Origin: Nitrospirales bacterium
Lineage (GTDB): Bacteria; Nitrospirota; Nitrospiria; Nitrospirales; UBA8639
Reading direction: 5' to 3'
Assembly: GCA_965203295.1 (NCBI GenBank)
Contig: CBDBCZ010000016.1
Coordinates: forward strand, 1,344,001-1,408,000
DNA: 64,000 nucleotides
The translations under genes and the position numbers were made by a program. Numbering within the stretch: position 1 is the stretch's first letter; each line of letters opens with the position of its first letter. Under the pieces are notes generated by a model that was not told the origin of the DNA, did not search any database, and worked only from the letters and a program-made list of their open reading frames with translations. Positions 55,183 to 64,000 of this stretch are shown one piece after another.

Positions 55183-55737
55183 AACTTAGCTCTGGCTTTG
55201 CTGTGTTCACTCATTTGAAAATCAAAACAACACCCCACTGGTCACTATGGCAATACCTTTTGTACTGTACATGGGCCACACAAGCCACTGAATATCAAAT
55301 CTGTTCAAGTTGAGTATCTAGTGCCAAGAATATAATCAGTAAGGTTATCATACAAAATGTATTCACTTATTCAGAATAGTGCGTTCCACCACATGGGCCA
55401 CATAAGCCATTGCATGAATATCAAATCTGATTGAGTATCTAGAGCCAATAGTTTCATCAGTAAGGTTATCATTCAAAATGCATTTACTGAATAGGGTATT
55501 CCACTCCTCAGAGGTCTTGTGCATGTTTGCCTTGTATCATCCCTAAACTCTTGTTTCCTCGTGCACCCTATAGCGAACAGGATGGTTATGCAGGTATAGG
55601 ACACTATGATAGTGCTTGCATAGCCAACCAGTTCAGTGGTGGGGCAAAACAAACAGATATCAATCCAGAGCAGTGGAACAAGGCCCTCTGATAAGCTTGC
55701 TTGCTAGGATTCTCTGGGCTTCCCCCCCCCCCCCCCC

Positions 55738-56271
55738 CTGCTGCTGAAGCGCTGTGAGGCTGATGCCCAGCTCACTTTTGTCACTGGACATGTGTAAGTA
55801 TGTGTTCATTTAATATAACATGACATTGGTGTCAATGTAGGCAAATGCTACAAAGATAAATGCTAGTACCTTCAGCATAGTGATCTGTGATCATAGAGAG
55901 TCATCACTCTGCGTGCACTCCATCTCTTGGTAGATTATATGGCTAGTCAAAGTACTCCAAATAACGCCGTGTTTTCAATCCCGGGTGGGTCGCATTGTCT
56001 ATGATTTAGGTGCTTATATTCCCAGCCCTTATGGGCTTTAGCTCTATAACTCCAGCTTACAAAATGTTTGGCCGCTCAATGCTTAATGAAATGACAAGCC
56101 ATTAGCCATAAATATTACATGTACTGTTTATCTTTCTTTTGCAGAACTTCCCCAACGGGAAAGTTTATTGACCATGTTCGACTTAGTTTCTCCTACTATG
56201 ATAAGGATGTGCTTGCAGCAGGAGCTGAAAGGCTGATGGGAGTCCTCGAAAAGATCCGGGCAGGGCAGTGA
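55738..56271 (+). pseudogene. 3'-only third copy of the aminotransferase (partial exon 10 plus exon 11)
   Basis: Near-identical to 51409-51927, but it starts abruptly after a poly-C tract, with no acceptor and no upstream exons. Confidence 0.85.
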
Positions 56272-58410
56272 ACTTGTTAGGATGCTTATCTTATCTGTGG
56301 GAATCTTACTTTGAACGATGATTCTTTAAATTTGAATCAGTAGAGAGTAAATCCGATTCTGTTTGTTTTGTCGGAGTTATATTGGATTGGGCCCTACAGT
56401 ATATCGGTACTGCAGTTGCTAGACTGACTGTGGTATTGCTAATACATGACCCACTACAATGGACATCCACAGTATGTTTGAACTTCAGGAGGGTGCCTCT
56501 TTGATGACATTCTTGAGCTTATCGATATCCGGAGCTCCTTCTTGCCGCTGCAGCAAGGTGCTGGGCAAGTCCTCCTTCGACTCTGAAGGTACTACGCCAG
56601 GCAGGAGAGGGCTTGCCATGATGGTGCCAAGGTAACGGTGTGTGGATTGTGTGCAACCTTTGGGGGCGTGGCTAACTCTGTCCCATTTCGATGCGGACTC
56701 TTCCTACAGCTCAGATCATACTCTATACTAGACGGGAAGGAATGTAGGCTTTTCCACATTATGCTAGTATAATTTTGGTCATAATAGGTGTGGCCTGGCA
56801 TAGGGGAATTATACCAGCATAATGGGTAAAATTGTTAGAATAACTTCCTGTGAAGGCCAGCTACACACTTTGGTAGTGCATGTAAAACTGTACTTGTACA
56901 GCTGAGTTAAGCCATCGCTGCGTGTGATACTCCGACCTATTGCAGTGATACTACAGTGATGCTCTCTGGCAGCACTATATAGGATTGCTGTATTGACTAG
57001 AGGATTGTTGTTTGAGCATGAACACAGCAAAGGTAGAGCCGAATTGGTGCAAATTAGGAATTTTCAAGAATAAGAAAACCACATTATCGACAAGCAAGTT
57101 GATGCATGCATCGCTTATTGCGTTTTCACACTCTTGGTCAGCAGTGCAGATAATTCACTAATGTGCTTTCCGCATTCCTGAAGCATCCCTCTGTAACTGA
57201 ATCAACAAACCATCTGCTGTGGTTCGCAGAATCGCATTCTTGACCAAAAAGTGATGCATAAATTTGCTCATCGATAATGTGTTTTCCGTATTCTTGATGA
57301 ACTCCCTCCAGACACACACACACACCAACTTGGCGCTTGGCTGTGTTCACTCAATTAACAAAAAAAAAAAAAAAAGTCCACTGGTCAAATACAACAATAA
57401 TTATTTTCTTTTTACTATGGCAACAGTCTTGTGACGTGGCTACTGTAAATAGAATTGTCATATTGACCAGTGGGTTATTACTTGAGCGTCAAATAAGTGA
57501 GCACAGCGAAGCTAGAGCCAAGTTGGTGTGTGTGTGTCTTGAGGAAGTTAATCAAGAATGGGAAAAAAAGTATGTCACTATATTATGTTTCCACATAAAA
57601 TGTGGACCAATTAATGCAGAGGGAGCTAGTGCTTCAAGAATGCGGAAAGTGTAATAGTGAATCATTTGCATTTGTTCGCATTGTTAACCAAGAATGTAAA
57701 AACACATAGTGATGCATTAATTTGCTCATAGCTAATGTGTTTCCTCGTTCTTGATGAACTCCCTCGAGTCACACACACACACACACACACACCAACTTAG
57801 CTCTGGCTTTGCTGTGTTCACTCATTTGAAACTCCGAACAACACCCACAGCAGACAATTTAACCTATTATTCAAAAAGCAATGGCCATTATTCTCACATT
57901 ATTCTTAACAAAATTGTGGTGCCTATTTTTCTCATAGGATTCTGGGAATATTTTGCCAAAGGCCTATCGCTGTATGTGATACTTCGACCTGCCACAGTGA
58001 TACATACTACAGTGATGCTCTCTGGCAGCACTATATTATAGGAATGCTGTATTGATTAATGGGTTGTTGTTTGAGCATGAACACAGCAAAGGTAGAGCCG
58101 AATTGGCGCAAAGGAATTTTCAAGAATGAGAAAAACACATTATCAACAAGCAAGTTGATGCATATCACTTACTGTGTTTTCACACTCTTGGTCAGCAGTG
58201 CAGATAATTCACTAATGTGCTTTCCGCATTCCTGAAGCATCCCTCTGTAACTGAATCAACAAACCATCTGCTGTGGTTCACAGAATTGCATTCTTGACCA
58301 AAAAGTGATGCATGAATTTGCTCATCGATAATGTGTTTTCCGTATTCTTAATGAACTCCCTCCAGACACACACACACACCATCTTGGCGTTTGGCTGTGT
58401 TCACTCAATT

Positions 58411-59154
58411 GAAGGGCCAAGAACCAAAGTGGTCTAACCCCACATAGTTGACTTTACCTCTAAGCTCGCAAACTCGAAAATACTCTTAAAATGTGTGGCT
58501 ACTTATAGCTAAGTTTGAGAATTTACCATTTTTTGGTCTGCTCATAATGTATGATGTTGGTACGTAAAGCCTAAGTTTTGGTATTCAATTTATGATTTGC
58601 CAGACACGTATATACTTTGGCTCAAAATGTTTGTGCCCTGGCTCAAACTCTTGTGTACCAACAATTGTGTTGTAGAGGAATTTTATTACACACTTGGTGT
58701 GCATCTTAATTAGGCTTTCTGCATAGCTATAATTTCTTTAATACCTGGAATCTCCTCTGTATATAGACTGAATAAGGAAAGCCACACCAATGGTGTCATT
58801 CAGCAAGTTTCTTGCAATAAAGCTGATGTGAAGCCAAGGTATTTTCCATATTGCTGAGTGTACTTCAGAGAGTGGAGGCGTGCTCTTATTGGCTTGCAAT
58901 TGCACACCCAGAAGGCTTCAGCATGCATTGCGAAAACACATTTGGGGAAAGTGCAGCATTACTCAGCTAAATAATGGATAATATGAAGGGCCGAGAACCT
59001 CAGAGTGGGTCAACCCAACATTATACCTTCTGAGCACGACCAAAAATGGTAAAATCTGAAAATTTAGGTAGCCTCTGAAACACAAGAATGTTCTCAAGTT
59101 TGAGAAAGGGAAAATCAATTTTGTTGGTTAGACCACTCTGGTTCTTGGCCCTTC
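58411..59154. mobile_element. Non-autonomous TIR transposon with a 4-bp AATT TSD (Sola1-like, tentative)
   Basis: TIRs GAAGGGCCAAGAACCA(A/G)AGTGGTCTAACC with AATT on both sides. The empty sites cactcaattaac at about 53021 and 57348 confirm the duplication. Confidence 0.8.
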
Positions 59155-59911
59155 AATTAACAAAAAAAAACAATAAAACAGTCCACTGGTCAAATACAAC
59201 AATAATTATACTGTGGCAACAGTCTTGTGACGTGGCTACTGTACTTCATGATGGGGAGAAATTAGCAAGAAATAGAATTGTCATATTGACCGGTGGGTTA
59301 TTATTTGAGCTCCAAATGAGTGAGCACAGCGAAGCTAGAGCCCTGGGTAAGGAGATGTAGGAAGGATGGTCTCCGTAAACGCACTGCGCTGTGATTTGTA
59401 GATCTGTACATCATATTCTCTACGTAGCTAGGCTTATCCCTCCCCAGTAACGGGATGCACTAATCCGCATACATACCTTGAACAGTGGCCTTCTGGTACA
59501 AAGGAGCATTGGTGGGATTTATCGCTACATGGGACTTGAAATATCAGTGGAAGAATACAATGGAATTTAAGGTGATTTCTTTTTGCAACCACAGCACCCA
59601 AGTCTCAGTAACATTAAATGTAAAGCCATAATTATACTGTAACAATTCATGTGCTCCTGTGCAAAGAGAATTACAAAAATCTAAGTCATTCCAATGGTAT
59701 ATACATAGGAAGATCAAAACCAATCAAGCAAAAAAGGGTGTTTATGACTACATAAAAGAAAAAAATGCTTAGTTCTATTCCAAAAAATATATATACACCT
59801 TACAATTAGCAAAAGGCTTTCTGATACATTTATTGGTATTTATTGGTATATAACTGTGCATTACAGCTACATGTACATGTACAATAATATAAGCTACAGT
59901 GCAAAAAGGGA

Positions 59912-61732
59912 CTACACAGTGCCACTACTCTTCCTGTGGTTAAAGCGCTCCCCTCCAACGTACGTCTCCAGGACCTGAATAGTGTTATGAAGTTTCTCCG
60001 GATGGACGAGTTTAGGATTTGCAGACAACACCACCAGATCAGCAAGCTTCCCGACCTCCAAGCTACCGAGCTCTTTCTCACGCTTTAGCTGCCAAGCTGC
60101 GTTGATGGTGTAGGCCTTGAGTGCTTCATCAATCGTAGATGCATACTGAGGCCCCAGCTGGTGTTCAGGGTCCTTCCACATTCGACGGGTCACACACGTT
60201 TGCATCGAGAGGAAAGGAGTGATGGGGTTGCATGGGGAATCTTGATGGATGGTCCAGTGTTTCTGCCCACTCTTAGTTGCCAAATGTGTGGGAGCAAGTC
60301 GCTCGGCTCTGTCTTGCCCAATTATGTGATCTCGCAAGGCAGCACCATAGTAATAGATATGGTTGACGAACATGGTCACCGTCACCCCAAGCTGAGTCGC
60401 ACGCTGAAGCTGGTCTTCTGTGATGAGACAAGTATGGTCAAGACGGTAGCGGTGGTCGGAGTTTTCAGGATGTTTTCGGATGAGCTGTTCGTAGGCATCC
60501 AATGTTACCTCGATTGCCCTCTCCCCGTGACAGTGTGTGGCTATTAGCTCGTCATGAAATCGTTGTATCACCTTCGCTTGTTTTGTGGCCGCGTCGCTGT
60601 GACATTTACCGTCTTTTTCTGTTTTATCGTCGCAGTAAATAAGGTAGCCACATGGAAAATTCGTGAAGTCGAACTCCAGCCCTTTTTCTGTCATGTGGGA
60701 CCTCTTGTACGGTTCTGCAACTGCCATGCTACCAGCATAGGGCGATCCGTCAGCCCAGACTTTCACCCCCGGAAACCACAGTTTCTTGTTCGTGTAAAGG
60801 CTGGATGGTTTGTCGTATTTGGGAGTGTAGTAGAGTCCCATGCGGACTGGGCACTCAGGTAAATGAGTGATGAGAGACAGGAGCGGTAGAGTCTTCTCGT
60901 TAAGTGGCGTGGTACCCATGTCTGTAATTGTGGTAAATCCCTTCTTGGAGTATTGCCGGAGTCCATTGCAAAGCACCGGGAGAAACTTTGGCAACTCTGG
61001 TATGCGGGGCTTCGGCAATTTATCAAGAACGAGGTCGATAGCAGGGGGTTCCTTGAGCATGCCGGTTGGGTTTCCATCTTTGTCACGGACTATTACACCA
61101 CCATTGGGATCTTGGGTCCCACGATTAATGCCACATACTTCCAATCCTTTGGTATTCAACCATGCACTGTGCAATGCCTGGTTCAGGAGAAGTACTGGAT
61201 ACTCAGACGTGGCAAGGCTGTCAAGCGCCTTGGCATCCTTCAAAGGCGGCAGATCGAGGATGAGAGCAGGATCCCAGCCCTTGAAGAGCACCCATGGGAA
61301 GAACGGGTCAGCTGGCTTTGTTTTGTGCACTGCATCCTTGATGACCTTCTTGACTTCCGCGAACGAGTTGTATCGAAATCCGCTCAAGTCGGTGAAGATA
61401 GAAAGCCCAATAACCGCGCTAGGGTGTGTATGTGGCTCGATGAGTCCCGGCATAAGCGTCTCCGTGCCCGTCAGCTCGACGACGCGAGTGAAAAGCCCCT
61501 TCAGCTTGAAGATGTCGTCCTTTGTGCCGAGCGCCACGATCTTTTCTCCTTGCACCGCCAAAGCTTCGACCGTCGGGTTGCTGTCATCCATTGTGATGAT
61601 TGTACCCCCAGTGAAGATGAGGTCTGCGTGAACGGGGAGGGATTGATCGACCTCAGCACCTCGTCCTTCGGCAGCAGGGGTATCCGGATCCTCGGGTACG
61701 GTCTGCTCGCAGATGAAAGCCAAGTTCCCCAT
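59912..61732 (-). CDS. Intronless amidohydrolase family 3 (YtcJ/NfdA-like) metal-dependent hydrolase, 606 aa
   Basis: Motifs ADLIFTGGTIITMD, LMPGLIEPHTHP (HxH), PTGMLKE, GVKVWADGS, IATHCHGERA, RYRLDH, HQDSP, ALKAYTINAAWQL..GSLEVGKLADLVVL. AATAAA lies at 59834-59829 on the minus strand. Confidence 0.93.
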   Translation of the reverse strand: MGNLAFICEQTVPEDPDTPAAEGRGAEVDQSLPVHADLIFTGGTIITMDDSNPTVEALAVQGEKIVALGTKDDIFKLKGLFTRVVELTGTETLMPGLIEPHTHPSAVIGLSIFTDLSGFRYNSFAEVKKVIKDAVHKTKPADPFFPWVLFKGWDPALILDLPPLKDAKALDSLATSEYPVLLLNQALHSAWLNTKGLEVCGINRGTQDPNGGVIVRDKDGNPTGMLKEPPAIDLVLDKLPKPRIPELPKFLPVLCNGLRQYSKKGFTTITDMGTTPLNEKTLPLLSLITHLPECPVRMGLYYTPKYDKPSSLYTNKKLWFPGVKVWADGSPYAGSMAVAEPYKRSHMTEKGLEFDFTNFPCGYLIYCDDKTEKDGKCHSDAATKQAKVIQRFHDELIATHCHGERAIEVTLDAYEQLIRKHPENSDHRYRLDHTCLITEDQLQRATQLGVTVTMFVNHIYYYGAALRDHIIGQDRAERLAPTHLATKSGQKHWTIHQDSPCNPITPFLSMQTCVTRRMWKDPEHQLGPQYASTIDEALKAYTINAAWQLKREKELGSLEVGKLADLVVLSANPKLVHPEKLHNTIQVLETYVGGERFNHRKSSGTV

Positions 61733-62007
61733 GTCGGATATAGGTAAACTAGCAAAGACTGAAGCGTATCGCTAATTATGCACCCCTTGCGGTGTTCAAA
61801 CCACGACAACTTGAATTGTAGTCCGGCGAAGCGAAGCGCGAGCCAGACTAGACAACTTGAACGTGCGTCAAAACTGTTGCAGTCTGTCCGTCAGTCGCAA
61901 TTTATAGCGTAGATGATTACGCCCATCCGGCGGAAACAACTCCGCCTACCTGGCGCGCGCTGGGAGAAGGTTCGAATAGACACTTTACCATTATGATGTA
62001 ATGGGAA

Positions 62008-62038
<31 letters not shown>

Positions 62039-62683
62039 AAAAGTAGGCAATAATTTAAAAATGGGAAATTTACATGCATGTTCTTGTGTAAACATGAAAG
62101 CACAAGAACTTTAGTGCGTCCTTTTACCCCCATTGCATCATAATAGTATAATAATATTATGGTCTATTCACAGGGATCTCCTTACCCCAACTCATGCATG
62201 CAGAGAGTCTCTGTATAGCTACTACTAGTTAACTCAGGCGTGGTCTCGAGTCTATTATTTCCCGTAGTGCAGGAGCATATAGGGTGTAGTTTAGTGTCAT
62301 TTAGCTATTGAATGTATGCAAATAGCCCATAAAAGTTAGTGCATATCAGCACCAGTTTGCACTCGCTGGGACCCGAGTTGTGCTAATATGTATATAAGCA
62401 TCGTCTATCTAGATCTACAGCTAAGACATGCAGGGAGAGAGAGACATGGCTAGACATCTGGATCATACAGGCTGACTGACATGTACAGAGGCTATATAGT
62501 CTCCTTCCCATGGCCCTCCTGTCGGAAAAGGCTGAAGGGGAGAAGGGAAGACTTACTGTTCTGTCATTCTAATACTTGGTATGATCATAAATTGTACACT
62601 GCAAAAAATGCCGAGTCGGAACAACTCACGTTCGCGTGTTGTTCGTTTGTCCCCGAAAATGGCACGGGGTGACGCGTGTCGAT

Positions 62684-62832
62684 TATCGACACGCGTCCTG
62701 TGTTGCCTCAGCACGCGACAAGCGGTTATATCGACGCACGTACGTGTTGCCTTAGCATGCGACAAGCGGTTATATCGACGCACGTACGTGTTGCCTCAGC
62801 ATGCGACAAGCGGTTATATTGACGCACGTACG
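62684..62832. repeat. CpG-rich tandem repeat of about 45 bp, about 3 copies
   Basis: Unit tatcgacgcacgtacgtgttgcctcagcatgcgacaagcggtta. Confidence 0.85.
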
Positions 62833-63630
62833 TCTGATTCATACTAGCAAGGATTGCCCTGAATATCTCCCATTATGGCTCCATAAGGCCAGAAATTGTA
62901 GCCAATTTGATACTTTGAAAGCAAGACTTGACCTGTATTAGAATGCTTGCTAGCCGCACCTACTAACACCTTTGATCCCCCGACCAATCATATTTCCTGA
63001 CTATTTGGCATGGTCTGAATCACAATAGCAAGATTAACCATCATAATATCTGAACCTGGTGCTCTAAGAGGATAGATTGCTTCTACCTTGAATAATAAGG
63101 ACAATAGGGGTAAATTACCAATTTTGCTGCCTCGTCAACACTAAAGCCTCAGACAATGTGATTTTCAAATCTGTTTCCTGGCTATTGGGCATGATCTGAT
63201 TCATACTAGCAAGGATTGCCCTGAATATCTCCCATTATGGCTCCATAAGGCCAGAAATTGTAGCCAATTTGATACTTTGAAAGCAAGACTTGACCTGTAT
63301 TAGAATGCTTGCTAGCCGCACCTACTAACACCTTTGATCCCCCGACCAATCATATTTCCTGACTATTTGGCATGGTCTGAATCACAATAGCAAGATTAAC
63401 CATCATAATTATCTGAACCTGGTGCTCTAAGAGGATAGATTTCTTCTACCTTGAATAATAATGACAATAGGGATGAATTACCATTTGCTGCCTCGTCAAC
63501 ACTAAAGCCTCAGTCAATGTGATTTTCAAAACTGTTTCCTGGCTATTGGGCATGATCTGATTCATACTAGCAAGGTTTGCCATGAATATCTCCCATTTTG
63601 GCTCCATAAGGCCAGGAATTATAGCCAATT
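62833..63630. repeat. Tandem repeat of about 362 bp, 2.2 copies
   Basis: Units start at about 62833, 63196 and 63557 with tctgattcatactagcaagg..ggctccataaggccag. Confidence 0.9.
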
Positions 63631-63658
63631 ACATGTAGGTAATTGTAGGTACTTCAAT

Positions 63659-63758
<100 letters not shown>

Positions 63759-64000
63759 ACATACACACACACACACATGCGCATCATAGTACAGTAACAG
63801 GTGACTGAATAGTGACTGTCATTAAGGGTGGTCACTGGTCGTGTGGCAGACATCTCTCCAAATTCTGATGTACACTCATTAGCAGTGTCTGTGTTTGGTT
63901 GCAGCGCTACAGCTATAGAATTATTGACTATCCTATAGCAATCCCAGCTCATTTTTAATTTTCAGCTTCTACTGCTGGGTCACCTTGCAGGGATCATCCT

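Noticed and set aside
60867..61747. 254-aa and 264-aa plus-strand ORFs
   Set aside because: They are antisense shadows of the amidohydrolase CDS and have no recognisable motifs.

Overview
This window is eukaryotic animal DNA with spliceosomal introns, dense genes and many MITEs and microsatellites. It looks like a sponge or another early-branching invertebrate, but that is an inference. I reconstructed the spliced genes by hand. In order: the 3' part of ALG8 (+); a two-exon small secreted Cys-rich protein (-); an OST3/OST6 subunit of the MAGT1/TUSC3 family (-); UCHL3/UCHL1-like deubiquitinase (-), which hosts an intron-containing tRNA-Tyr and a nested antisense intronless death-effector-domain gene; a Pam17-like mitochondrial import gene (+), a family usually described as fungal; an ankyrin-repeat plus PH-domain gene (-); two complete copies and one 3' fragment of a tandemly duplicated class I PLP aminotransferase (+); an array of TIR elements containing a non-LTR RT fragment; and an intronless, bacterial-like YtcJ/amidohydrolase-3 gene (-). 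Notable details include two U12-type minor introns, a GC-AG intron, a 12-nt microexon, very short bidirectional promoters, an AcademH-like element with a RecQ fragment, and exon-biased identity between the aminotransferase paralogs. There is no CRISPR array. All family assignments come from recalled motifs, not database searches.
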